In this document: in pieces, positions 26,096 to 35,573 of the stretch
Layout: each line of letters starts with the position of its first letter
Position numbering within the stretch: the stretch's first letter is position 1
DNA from: Candidatus Bruticola sp.
Lineage (GTDB): Bacteria > Vulcanimicrobiota > Xenobia > Xenobiales > Xenobiaceae
NCBI GenBank assembly: GCA_051874735.1
Contig: JBJEGD010000022.1
Location: forward strand, 64,000 to 127,999
DNA: 64,000 nucleotides
Direction: 5' to 3'
Made by a program: the position numbers and the translations under genes
The notes under the pieces: generated by a model
Databases searched by the model: none
The model's input: only the letters and a program-made list of their open reading frames with translations
What the model was told of the DNA's origin: nothing

Positions 26096-27310
26096 TTATT
26101 TTTTAGAATTGCGATATTTTTGAGCTAAACCACCTATACTGCGCATCTCATTTACAGCTTCAGCCATAACTTCTAGAGCACACTGCATATGAAACCGATC
26201 TACAGGAGGTTCAAATTCTTCTAAAAGCTCTACTGCCTTAGAGAAGTTATCTATGCAAGTATTAGCAAGGTCTATAATACCATCAATATTTTCACGTTCT
26301 TCTGGAGTTGTTTTCAACTTAGAAGAAGACATTTTATTAAGGCGTGAAGAAGCGTCAGCGACACGGCGTCGCAGCTCACCTACAGCCCTCTTGAAGGGAC
26401 GTATCATTTTAGGATTGTTGGGAAGTTCTTTGGCTACATCGAAAATACGCTGTACATACTCAGGCATTCCGCTAATTGCCTCGCTCTTATCAGCATCTTT
26501 GCCTAGTGAGCTACCTCGCTCAAACTCTTCGGGCATTCTGGCTCCACAAGCGAAACATTTCTTGCTTCCTCCCAGCATAGGCTTACCGCAATAAGGGCAC
26601 AGCCCTACAGATGAAGTTTCGACATCAATCTGACTGTCCTGGAAATTGACAAGTTCTTCTCCACTCGACTTAACTTCTTCCAGGACCTCAGGTAATGCTT
26701 CCAAATTTCTTTCGTTGAGTACTTCAACTAAGCGCTCTAAAGCGTGATCGTGACGGATCAACTCTTCAGGCAGTCCACTGCCAGAAACTATCTCATTCCA
26801 TTGGGGAATAAGCGCCTCTAAACGGGCACTCAGAGCATCCCACTCAGCCCCGTTAGTTTCTAACACAAAATTGCCAGCGCGCAGCAAACTATCTACGACT
26901 GGCACCTCAGAATAAATATGGCTATCACCTACAGCGGCTTTCAAGTCCATATTTAATTCTTCCAAATCTTTTAAATGTTCGTATATGCTGGCCACACAAT
27001 TAACCGCCGCTGCTGTAGCATCCATACTCAAAGCGGTTTCTAATTTTGCCATTTCCGAACTCATACGCGTAAAAAGAAGCACTATTTCGTTGATCGCTTC
27101 ATTCCTCTCGGGAGGAAGTTCTTTCAAACGTAACACTTCCATAAAGTTGCCCAAAGCTGTCCCGAGAGCTATATCGCACTGGCGAAATTCAAAGGCTGTA
27201 CAGCCCAAACTTACTCCACCAGCTACACATTCAGACATAATTTTTACCAACTGTCTGAAAGAAGGAATTATACGAGGAAAATTGTCATCTAGAAGAGGGA
27301 ATTTAGCCAT
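26096..27310 (-). CDS. Helical hypothetical protein with central zinc ribbon (paralogue A)
   Basis: CPYCG-x8-KCFACG; similar to 24848-26044. Confidence 0.8.
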   Translation of the reverse strand: MAKFPLLDDNFPRIIPSFRQLVKIMSECVAGGVSLGCTAFEFRQCDIALGTALGNFMEVLRLKELPPERNEAINEIVLLFTRMSSEMAKLETALSMDATAAAVNCVASIYEHLKDLEELNMDLKAAVGDSHIYSEVPVVDSLLRAGNFVLETNGAEWDALSARLEALIPQWNEIVSGSGLPEELIRHDHALERLVEVLNERNLEALPEVLEEVKSSGEELVNFQDSQIDVETSSVGLCPYCGKPMLGGSKKCFACGARMPEEFERGSSLGKDADKSEAISGMPEYVQRIFDVAKELPNNPKMIRPFKRAVGELRRRVADASSRLNKMSSSKLKTTPEERENIDGIIDLANTCIDNFSKAVELLEEFEPPVDRFHMQCALEVMAEAVNEMRSIGGLAQKYRNSKK

Positions 27311-27397
27311 TGTAGGTGTGAAGTTCTAGCGCTCTGCAGCCCTTCCTGTATTTTTTACCGGCAATAAAACATAAAATTTAACTTGATACCCCAGGCA

Positions 27398-27439
27398 AAG
27401 CGCAGATAAAAGCGGCACCCCAAGCGTTTATCTGCGCTT
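27398..27439. other. 13-bp inverted repeat (terminator or processing hairpin) inside the minus-strand cassette
   Basis: aagcgcagataaa (27398-27410) / tttatctgcgctt (27427-27439); only a short U tract follows. Confidence 0.55.
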
Positions 27440-27463
27440 CTATAGTGTAAAAAATGTTATAAA

Positions 27464-28450
27464 CTATTTTGCAGTAACAACAGAGGGCAAGTCATTTTTA
27501 TCTGAAGAGAATTTGGAACTAACAGTGCGGACAGGAATTTGTCCTAAAACAGCAGCAGTCCCCAAACTAGAAAGTGAACTACAGCCTCTGCGGGGAACAA
27601 TCATACTGAGACCGCGTTTTTGCCCTTCCTGAGCTACACAATTCATACTTTTTTCCGCAATAGCCTCCATTTCTTTAATTTGGCGATACAAATATTCCAA
27701 CTTTTGCCAAGACTTCGCTATTTTTTGCAACTGCTGAGAAGCAGAAGTAGCTAATTTTAAGCCAGAATTAAGCAAACTTTGGGCTCCTAAGCTTAGTTTT
27801 TTACCCTCTTGTTGCATAGCCATCCCTTGCTGCTTTAAAGCTTTGCCTTTACTTATCATAGCTAAGCCTGCAGCTTTAGAAAAAGGGCAAGCAGCCAAAG
27901 CTCGTCCCGCCGCCTCTAAAGCTGCTCCAGAAGCATAAAGAGCAACTCCGGAAGTTATTTGAGCTAAAGCACACTGTCTCATCTGGGTAGCACTCTGTTT
28001 TAGTTTAAGGCTCAGAGCATTTAATTGTGAGGCAGCACTTTGGCTTTGAGTTAAAGCGGTCGACTGCAGAAGATACTTTTGTTCCTCAGTCTGAGCTTGA
28101 CGAGAGATTTGCAAATTGCGCCTATACTCGGACTGCAGCTGCTCATTAGAGAGAGATTCCGCTTCATTAGCTTCTAAGCCACTGAGCCTCAGCCAGGAAA
28201 CTGCACCATTATAGGAGTTAGTTTCCAACTGTCCCGAATTTATCGAAGACGCGTCCACACCACTATTAGTAGATTCTGCCGTTAAAATTTTCACTCTACT
28301 ATCAGAAGCGGAATAAAGGTCGCCGCTATGGCCCAGTAAAGACTGCGTTTTTAGATAGTCGGCATTAGAATAAGGTGCTGAAAAGGCGGCTAAATTACTA
28401 CGGCAACAAGTGAAACTACCATCGCATGAACCTAATATAGTATTGTTCAC
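27464..28450 (-). CDS. Hypothetical Ser/Ala/Gln-rich helical protein with an Ala/Gly-rich hydrophobic segment
   Basis: 328-aa ORF, GTG start with AAGGGGG SD; Gln-rich coiled-coil-like segments flank ALAQITSGVALYASGAALEAAGRALAAC. Confidence 0.7.
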   Translation of the reverse strand: MNNTILGSCDGSFTCCRSNLAAFSAPYSNADYLKTQSLLGHSGDLYSASDSRVKILTAESTNSGVDASSINSGQLETNSYNGAVSWLRLSGLEANEAESLSNEQLQSEYRRNLQISRQAQTEEQKYLLQSTALTQSQSAASQLNALSLKLKQSATQMRQCALAQITSGVALYASGAALEAAGRALAACPFSKAAGLAMISKGKALKQQGMAMQQEGKKLSLGAQSLLNSGLKLATSASQQLQKIAKSWQKLEYLYRQIKEMEAIAEKSMNCVAQEGQKRGLSMIVPRRGCSSLSSLGTAAVLGQIPVRTVSSKFSSDKNDLPSVVTAK

Positions 28451-28616
28451 AAAAAATTTCCCCCCTTAATATTTTTATAGGCTGTAGTAAACAGCTCCCT
28501 GCACATTTTAACATAAACCAACAAAATAAGCCAAAATAATATCTTAAACTTAGAAGTTTACCTTTACTTAAAAATAATATCGAATTATATAATAGAATTT
28601 TAACGTTCTAAAATTA

Positions 28617-28661
28617 ATAAAAAAAGTCCCAGGCACAACTTAAATATAAGCGGTCGGGACT
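28617..28661 (-). terminator. Probable terminator of the nucleoside kinase gene
   Basis: The minus strand reads agtccc...gggact followed by a T run. Confidence 0.5.
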
Positions 28662-28688
28662 CCAAAGCTCAATTACTCCATATTAAAA

Positions 28689-30377
28689 CTAATACTGATA
28701 AATACTACCACCTAAAAATTCGCGCAATACAGAATTTTTAGGTACCCACTCCGAATCCATGGGCACAACTTTTGTTAAGAAGCGCAGCATATCTCTAGCC
28801 ATAGTATAAGCAGGGCTGTCTTCGGGGACTTCCAACAAATATGGCCAAGCATAATGGCGGAACACAGCTAATTCATAAGCTAAAGCTGAATTGAACATGG
28901 CGTCTGAACGACTTTGATAAGGGAAAATATATTTATTTTCTCCTCGGCGAACACTAGGCCAACGCATAATTGTACTTACGGCTGAGATACCTCGATAGCG
29001 CCGGTCTCTAATAATGCGACGCAGCAATCGGGCATAAGTAGTAGGCACCCTGTTGGCCTTATCCATGTTTAACTGTGGCAAAGCACTGACAAAAAGCGCA
29101 TAGCGGTTCTCTTTAGCAACAGCATCTGTAATAGCAGGGTTTAAGCCGTGAATCCCCTCAATCAGCAAAATTTGCTCATCAGCCAAGCAAACAGCTTTCT
29201 CATTTTCAGCTGGGCCAGGACGCTGGCTAACAAAATCGTAGTGAGGGATTTTAGTGGATTTGCCTTCAACTAACGACTGCAGATCGCTCTGAATGCGCTT
29301 TAAATTAAGCGCTTCTATGGCCTCGAAATCATAATCTCCTTTTTCATCGCGCGGACACAACTCACAAGGGAGATAATAATCGTCAAGACCGACATAAACT
29401 GTGCGCCTGCCCATAGCTTGTAAATGGGTAGAGAGCCGACGTACAGTACTAGTCTTTCCTGAACTAGAAGGGCCGGAAATAAAGACAACTTTAACCTTAG
29501 GGCGAGAAATAATATCGCGAACGATTTGACCAATGCGCAACTCGTGTAAAGTTTCGCTTACCTGAACTAAATTCTGTCCCTCACCATTTAGGATCATCTT
29601 GTTCAGTTTGCCCACAGTATCGATGTTCATGCGTTTATTCCACTCTTTAGCCTGCATCGCGGCTCCCAACATAAACTCTTTAAGTTCCTTAGACGGAAGT
29701 TGCACAGGTTCTTGAGCTAAAAGCAAACCTTCTTCCATACCTACAACCTTTATAGAACGCAAGAAACCAGCATCAGGTACAAATGGACCGTAAGCTAAGT
29801 CGGTATAATTGCCGATATTAACGATACCAAAGCTGGGGCCGACCCAACAGTTAACGACATAACGACGATCGCCATCGGGATCATCAATCATGTTCAAAGC
29901 TGCCGAAGGAGCAACCGAACTAGTTTTAAAAGGCGTATTTTTAGCGCAGAGATAAGTAAATTTTTTGTTTACTTCTTCTCCGAAAGCCTCAATATCACTG
30001 ACATTTTTTACATTGAAGAAAAGCTGACTATGCAAAGATTGCCCGATTTCCAGAACAGCTTCAGAATTAACCAACTTAGCCGCATAGACCAACAAATGAG
30101 CGGAGCTGCGCATAATAATATGACGACCAAAATAATCATCTTGAGTCAGAGGAGTTACAGTGCAATTAGAAGTTATACGCGACTTTAAATCGACAATTTC
30201 CCCATCAACCTGAGCGCCCACGCAGCCGACTTCGCGCAAATGTTTCATACATAGCACAAACTTCAAGGCCTGCTCTGTACTGTCAATTCCAAGTAGATCA
30301 CGACAAAGGACGTCACAAACAAAAGTATCATTGGAAACTTCTTGAACGCCATGAGGCAACACAACTTTACATAACAT
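28689..30377 (-). CDS. Long-form nucleoside (uridine) kinase family protein with ThrRS-like N-terminal region
   Basis: ISGPSSSGKT (Walker A), LDDYY, GDYDFE, IEGIHGLNP, RLLRRIIRDRRYRG, WPSVRRGE.KYIFPYQ, FNSALAYEL, NSVLREFLGGS. Confidence 0.88.
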   Translation of the reverse strand: MLCKVVLPHGVQEVSNDTFVCDVLCRDLLGIDSTEQALKFVLCMKHLREVGCVGAQVDGEIVDLKSRITSNCTVTPLTQDDYFGRHIIMRSSAHLLVYAAKLVNSEAVLEIGQSLHSQLFFNVKNVSDIEAFGEEVNKKFTYLCAKNTPFKTSSVAPSAALNMIDDPDGDRRYVVNCWVGPSFGIVNIGNYTDLAYGPFVPDAGFLRSIKVVGMEEGLLLAQEPVQLPSKELKEFMLGAAMQAKEWNKRMNIDTVGKLNKMILNGEGQNLVQVSETLHELRIGQIVRDIISRPKVKVVFISGPSSSGKTSTVRRLSTHLQAMGRRTVYVGLDDYYLPCELCPRDEKGDYDFEAIEALNLKRIQSDLQSLVEGKSTKIPHYDFVSQRPGPAENEKAVCLADEQILLIEGIHGLNPAITDAVAKENRYALFVSALPQLNMDKANRVPTTYARLLRRIIRDRRYRGISAVSTIMRWPSVRRGENKYIFPYQSRSDAMFNSALAYELAVFRHYAWPYLLEVPEDSPAYTMARDMLRFLTKVVPMDSEWVPKNSVLREFLGGSIYQY

Positions 30378-30403
30378 GAAATATGTCTCTCCCCTGATCT
30401 CAA

Positions 30404-32296
30404 CTAACGTTTGGTACTTCTGCGCCTACCTTTGCCTCCCCTATTGAAAGTTTCTTTTTTAAATCTGGACGAAGGATGCTTCTCATGGATGCCGCGTCGC
30501 TCAGATAATTTACTAATACTACTTCGCCGAGCTTCCTGATCTTGACGTTCCTTTTTCTTTGACCGCCGTACCTCACTACAGCGGCTGTGGCCTTTGCTAC
30601 TAACAGATTTTTTATGTTTTCCAAATTTTAATTCCTGAGGCGGCAGCAGAGCCTTTAATTTTTCTGGAGTAATCAGGCGAGCCCGTATACGCACGACTCC
30701 GAAATCAAAATTATTAAGTGCTTCTAAAACAGATGCAGCTTCAGAACTGGGTAATTCGATAAATGAAGTATGAGACCTTAACTCAATATCACCAACCTCT
30801 GCTTTAGATACAGCAGCAGCCTCCCCTAGCATGCGCAGCACAGCCGGTACGCTTATGCCATCGCTGCGTCCTAAATTTATTTGTATAAAGCTCATACCAT
30901 CAGCAGCAGCGACGCTGGCTTTTTTAGCGGCTCTCTCAACTAAACTATTCTTTTCAGCTCGATTTGTTTTACTTCCTCGATCTAGCTCTTGCACTGACAC
31001 GTTGTAACCAGCTTTAAAAATAGCTCTAGCTCTAGGCAGCATACTCAAAACGGCTGCTAAACTGTCAGCTGGGCTCAAGTAGCATAACAATTCTGCAGCC
31101 AGCAAACGGTAATTTTCATCCACCTCAGAACTGAGTTTTTCTGCAATTTCTTTGTGAAAATCACTTTTTATGCGGCGGCGCACTTCCTCAGCTTGGGGCA
31201 GCTTACCTAACTCTAAGTCAATATTGGCTTTGCCTGTCAAGCGCTTAAAGCGGTTGAATTCATGTCTGGCGGCAAAAGTAATAGCCGTTCCCCTTTTGCC
31301 TGCTCGGCCTGTGCGTCCAACGCGATGGATATATGTCTCGGTATTCTGAGGCGGAGCCATATTAATGACATGAGTTACTCCCTCTACATCGAGTCCTCGA
31401 GCAGCCACATCAGTAGCCACTAAATATTTAGCGGCGCCGCTGCGGAAACTGCTTAAAGTGCGCGTACGTTCAGCTTGAGCCATGTCGCCGTGCAACGATA
31501 GAACATTTAATCCCGACTTGATCAAAGTCTGCGTCAGTTCGTCAGTTTCAATCTTAGTATGACAGAAAATAATAGCCAACTGAGGAGATTCCGCATGTAA
31601 AATATTACTTAAAGCCTTGGGACGATGTTCCTTAGCTACCAAATATACTTCATGTCTAATATCGTGAGCAGCCGTCAAGCCAATACTGATAGAGATACGA
31701 CGACAGCCTTCATGTAGCGTTTTTTTAGCTAATTCTTCCATTTCACTGGGCATAGTTGCTGAAAAAAGCAAAGTCTGACGCTGAGAAGGTAAAGCAGCCA
31801 AAATTTTATCCAGTTCCTCAGCAAAACCCATGTCCAGAATTTCATCAGCTTCATCGAGGACTAAAGCACGACAATCAGACAAGTTTAAAGAACCGCGTTC
31901 CAAGTGATCGATTAAACGCCCAGGAGTACCAACAATCACAGGGGCCCCCTGTTTAAGAGCTCGCATCTGTTCATGGTAGCTTCCCCCACCGTACAGTAAA
32001 GCGGCCTTACTGCCTAAGGAAGTAATCACCCTAGCTACCTGCATAGCCAACTCGCGCGTAGGCAGCACAACGAGTATGGAGGAAGGACGCGCATTCTTCG
32101 GATCGTTGAGCAAAGGGAGAGCAAAAGCTAAAGTTTTTCCAGTACCTGTGCAGGATTGCACTAGAAGATCGGCTCCTGACAAAATATCATCCCAACAGGC
32201 CTGTTGCACTTCTGTCGGATTAACAAAACCAGATTGCTGCAAACTTTCCTGCAAAGTACTGTTAAGCGACCACTTAGTGAAGGGAGTTAATTCCAT
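30404..32296 (-). CDS. deaD: DEAD-box RNA helicase (DeaD/CsdA-like, DbpA-type C-terminal domain, basic tail)
   Basis: PTEVQ, TGTGKT, PTRELA, TPGRL, DEAD, SAT, ARGLD, HRVGRTGRAG, INLGRSDG; ATG at 32296 follows GAAAGG. Confidence 0.88.
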   Translation of the reverse strand: MELTPFTKWSLNSTLQESLQQSGFVNPTEVQQACWDDILSGADLLVQSCTGTGKTLAFALPLLNDPKNARPSSILVVLPTRELAMQVARVITSLGSKAALLYGGGSYHEQMRALKQGAPVIVGTPGRLIDHLERGSLNLSDCRALVLDEADEILDMGFAEELDKILAALPSQRQTLLFSATMPSEMEELAKKTLHEGCRRISISIGLTAAHDIRHEVYLVAKEHRPKALSNILHAESPQLAIIFCHTKIETDELTQTLIKSGLNVLSLHGDMAQAERTRTLSSFRSGAAKYLVATDVAARGLDVEGVTHVINMAPPQNTETYIHRVGRTGRAGKRGTAITFAARHEFNRFKRLTGKANIDLELGKLPQAEEVRRRIKSDFHKEIAEKLSSEVDENYRLLAAELLCYLSPADSLAAVLSMLPRARAIFKAGYNVSVQELDRGSKTNRAEKNSLVERAAKKASVAAADGMSFIQINLGRSDGISVPAVLRMLGEAAAVSKAEVGDIELRSHTSFIELPSSEAASVLEALNNFDFGVVRIRARLITPEKLKALLPPQELKFGKHKKSVSSKGHSRCSEVRRSKKKERQDQEARRSSISKLSERRGIHEKHPSSRFKKETFNRGGKGRRRSTKR

Positions 32297-32417
32297 GTTA
32301 TACCTTTCAAAATGATTTATATAAAAGAATAAGCGCCTCGAGAACGGCTTAAGTTTTCTTCCCAAGACGCTTTTGCTGTAAAATAGATGCGCAATTTAAA
32401 TTACATGAGCAGCAAAC

Positions 32418-33299
32418 TTATTTTTTTTCAATATGTGCCGCCGACGCATCCTTTTTTTCTATATTAGTAATATTTGAAGTAGTCTTTTTATCGGCCTGCT
32501 CAGCTCCAGTATTTTCAGCCCCACCGATAAAGAGGCCTTTATCAGAGTCGTACTTTATGGATCCTAAACCATGCCGACGCGGTTCAGGACATTCGATGGT
32601 ATATCCACCACGTCTGAAAGTATAAATATAAGGTTTAGACGATGCAGGACAGCGCAGTTCGCGAAACATGTACTGAGGACGCAAAGACTCAAGTTTAGCT
32701 GGAAAAGCTTTATTATGATCTTTAGCATAAATTTCACAAGCTGTAGCCAATTCATTGATGCTTCTAGTACAATCTGAAAGAAGACGCTCTATGCGCTTGC
32801 CTTCAGCAGCTAGCATCAACCAGCCCCAATCTATAGTCTCTAAAGCAGGCCAATCAGCTCCGTACTTGTCAGGCTCTGGTACAGATAAGGTATAATGATG
32901 GCGATCTTTACTGACTTGATAAACAAAGGGTTTACCGGAAACAGGATCGTCACCGATGATGACCTTGGGAGCGTCAGTTGGCAGACCTGTATTAAAACTG
33001 CGCTCCAAAGCCTTCAAACTGACCGGATAGAGACCACTTTCCATAAAGTAATACTCGATAAGCACTTGCAAACGAGCGTAAGCTCGTAAACCTTTAGCTT
33101 TAGGACTAAGCTTAACTGATAGATCTGAAGCCGTCTTAGAACTATCTTGCTTAACTGAAGAAGCTAAACTAGCCGCCTGAGAGGTAGAGGACGATGGAGC
33201 TTTAACGTTATTGCCATTAGCTTTATTTTCGGATGCTATACCCCAACTAAAGCACAAAATGCACCCCAACAGGCTTAAAAACGCTATCTTAAGCCCCAT
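32418..33299 (-). CDS. Exported protein with two tandem pilin/GspG-like globular segments
   Basis: Signal-peptide-like MGLKIAFLSLLGCILCFSWGIA, Ser-rich linker, then L...IE.Y....G.YP.SL..L...DP.SGKPFVY and LATACEIY..DH...FP..LESL.P.Y...L.CP.S.KPY.Y. Confidence 0.55.
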   Translation of the reverse strand: MGLKIAFLSLLGCILCFSWGIASENKANGNNVKAPSSSTSQAASLASSVKQDSSKTASDLSVKLSPKAKGLRAYARLQVLIEYYFMESGLYPVSLKALERSFNTGLPTDAPKVIIGDDPVSGKPFVYQVSKDRHHYTLSVPEPDKYGADWPALETIDWGWLMLAAEGKRIERLLSDCTRSINELATACEIYAKDHNKAFPAKLESLRPQYMFRELRCPASSKPYIYTFRRGGYTIECPEPRRHGLGSIKYDSDKGLFIGGAENTGAEQADKKTTSNITNIEKKDASAAHIEKK

Positions 33300-33392
33300 G
33301 CCTAAGTTATGTAGACAAATTGTTATAAATTTATACATACACACTACTGTCCTATACCTCTGATAAGTCAAAGCAGACCATTGTGTCCAAGC

Positions 33393-35159
33393 CTATCCAT
33401 TAGTGTCCCAATAATCCTCCAGATACTTGCGCGGTCCTGGCTGACGTAACTTGCGCAGAGCTTTAGCTTCAATCTGTCTTATACGCTCACGAGTGACTTT
33501 AAATATGGCTCCAACCTCTTCTAAAGTTCTTGTGTGACCATCCCGCAGACCGAAACGCAGTTCCAAAACTTCCCGCTCACGAGTAGAAAGATCGTGAAGC
33601 ACCGATTTGATGCGTTCTCTAAGCCACACTCTAGACGCAGCATCGGCAGGAGCTACAGCTCCTTCGTCTTCAAGGAAATCTCCTAAGTGAGAGTCTTCCT
33701 CCTCTCCGATAGGAGTTTCTAAGGATATGGGCTCTTGAGCAATCTTTTGGATATCTCTAACTTTAGCCTCAGCACTCTGCTTCCTTTCAGCAGCTTTTTC
33801 CTTATAACGCTTATCATCGGGAGTGATTTCAGTTTTATAAAGTTCACTTAACTCTTTGCACAAAGCATCTTCGTCGATGGGATACATGCGCATAGCTATT
33901 TCCTCTACCGTTGGATCACGCCCATTTTCCTGCAGCAGCAGCCTAGTAACTCTAGTCAATCGGTTAATAGTTTCAACCATATGGACGGGAATTCTGATAG
34001 TGCGCGCCTGATCTGCCAAAGCGCGAGTAATTGCTTGGCGTATCCACCAAGTGGCATAAGTGCTGAACTTATACCCTTTGTGATAGTTAAATTTTTCTAC
34101 CGCACGAATCAAGCCTAAGTTGCCTTCTTGAATTAAATCTAAAAACAACATGCCCCGGCTGATATATTTTTTGGCGATACTGACTACTAAGCGCAGGTTA
34201 GCTTGAGTAAGATCGTTTTTGGCCTCACTGCCTTTCCGAACTAAGCGATCCAATTCTTCGAAACGTTTCAAACGCTCAGCCGCTCCTGCGACCATATTGT
34301 AAGTCTGTCTCTGCAAGTCGGAGTGATACTCACACTTTGCCTGCTCAAAACAGCCCCCTACTAATTCTTTCTGACGCTCAATTAACTCCCGGAACTTAAT
34401 TCTCCAAACATTAGAATCGCAAGTCCTGAGCCGTTTAACAACTTCACTAAGTGTACAGTGAGAAGAAGCAGTATCATCATTTGTATAATCATCTTTGACT
34501 ATATCAGCTTTGATATCAGAATCTGTTTCCTCCAAATTCAAAGAGAAGCCAGGGATATCGCGTGAATCAGCAACTTGGCTAAGAATATCTAAAACTAACT
34601 CTCGGAAGCCAGGCTCTAAAAGAAGCTCTTCTGCAGCTTCATTTCCCTTCTCAATGCTCTCAGCCAACCTACACTCTCTCTCAGAAGTCAGCAAAGCTAC
34701 GTCGCCTATTTCTTTTAAATACTGGCGCACAGGATCGTCGACAGTAACGGCATCTGCTGAACTACTAGACTTTTTCTTAGCTTTAGCAGATTTAGAAACT
34801 GACTTGGAGGAGGATTTTATTTTGAGGAGCCCCTCTTTTTCCAGCTGTTTTTTAGCTTCCTCCAGTTTAAGCTCACGCTCAGCCTGACGAGCAGCCTCAG
34901 CTCTTCTCTTCTGAACCAACTCAGGAGCAATAACTTCGGGGGGAGTATCAAAACTCGATGACGACGGCGACTCTTCTATTAAATCTAAATTTTCGCACTC
35001 ATATGTTCCATAGTCCGCAGACAAATCTATGTTACCAAGTCCAAGGTCATCACTCGAGCTGAGATCGGCTCCAAGACAGCAGTCAGATATAGATGAACCT
35101 AGATCTAACTCTGAAATATTCTTGGCAGACTCTTCTCCTCTAATATTTTTCATTTTCAA
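33393..35159 (-). CDS. rpoD: Primary RNA polymerase sigma factor RpoD/SigA
   Basis: [12 protein letters not shown] (1.2), [97 protein letters not shown]; downstream of dnaG. Confidence 0.97.
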   Translation of the reverse strand: MKMKNIRGEESAKNISELDLGSSISDCCLGADLSSSDDLGLGNIDLSADYGTYECENLDLIEESPSSSSFDTPPEVIAPELVQKRRAEAARQAERELKLEEAKKQLEKEGLLKIKSSSKSVSKSAKAKKKSSSSADAVTVDDPVRQYLKEIGDVALLTSERECRLAESIEKGNEAAEELLLEPGFRELVLDILSQVADSRDIPGFSLNLEETDSDIKADIVKDDYTNDDTASSHCTLSEVVKRLRTCDSNVWRIKFRELIERQKELVGGCFEQAKCEYHSDLQRQTYNMVAGAAERLKRFEELDRLVRKGSEAKNDLTQANLRLVVSIAKKYISRGMLFLDLIQEGNLGLIRAVEKFNYHKGYKFSTYATWWIRQAITRALADQARTIRIPVHMVETINRLTRVTRLLLQENGRDPTVEEIAMRMYPIDEDALCKELSELYKTEITPDDKRYKEKAAERKQSAEAKVRDIQKIAQEPISLETPIGEEEDSHLGDFLEDEGAVAPADAASRVWLRERIKSVLHDLSTREREVLELRFGLRDGHTRTLEEVGAIFKVTRERIRQIEAKALRKLRQPGPRKYLEDYWDTNG

Positions 35160-35573
35160 CCTTTACCTTAATGCTGCTAAAAGAAACAAAAACTTACAAA
35201 AGGATGTCACTGGTATAAGCAGCTTAAACACGCTGTATTCGGATGCGGCTCTCTCTTAAAATGAGAGCTAAATCATAGGCCCGAAGCTGCAATAAAAACT
35301 CGGCTGAAGCCGATTAATTAACGGAAAAATCTAAAGACTCAGGCTATGCAAAAAAAACTGCAAAGCCCCTTTACATCCCGCTTATAAACGTATATATAAG
35401 AATTAAAGACCGCCTGTTTAAAGAGCAGTCGGCCCTTATGCTGCCTGAGCAGACAGCTGTCTGAGTGTGGCTGGGCAGTTTTAGAGTTTTCCTCAACACA
35501 ATAGACAGCTTTAAGCAATACGCAAAAAAAATGTTTTTTCCTCCTTATACATGAGAGTATACCGCCAAGCAGA

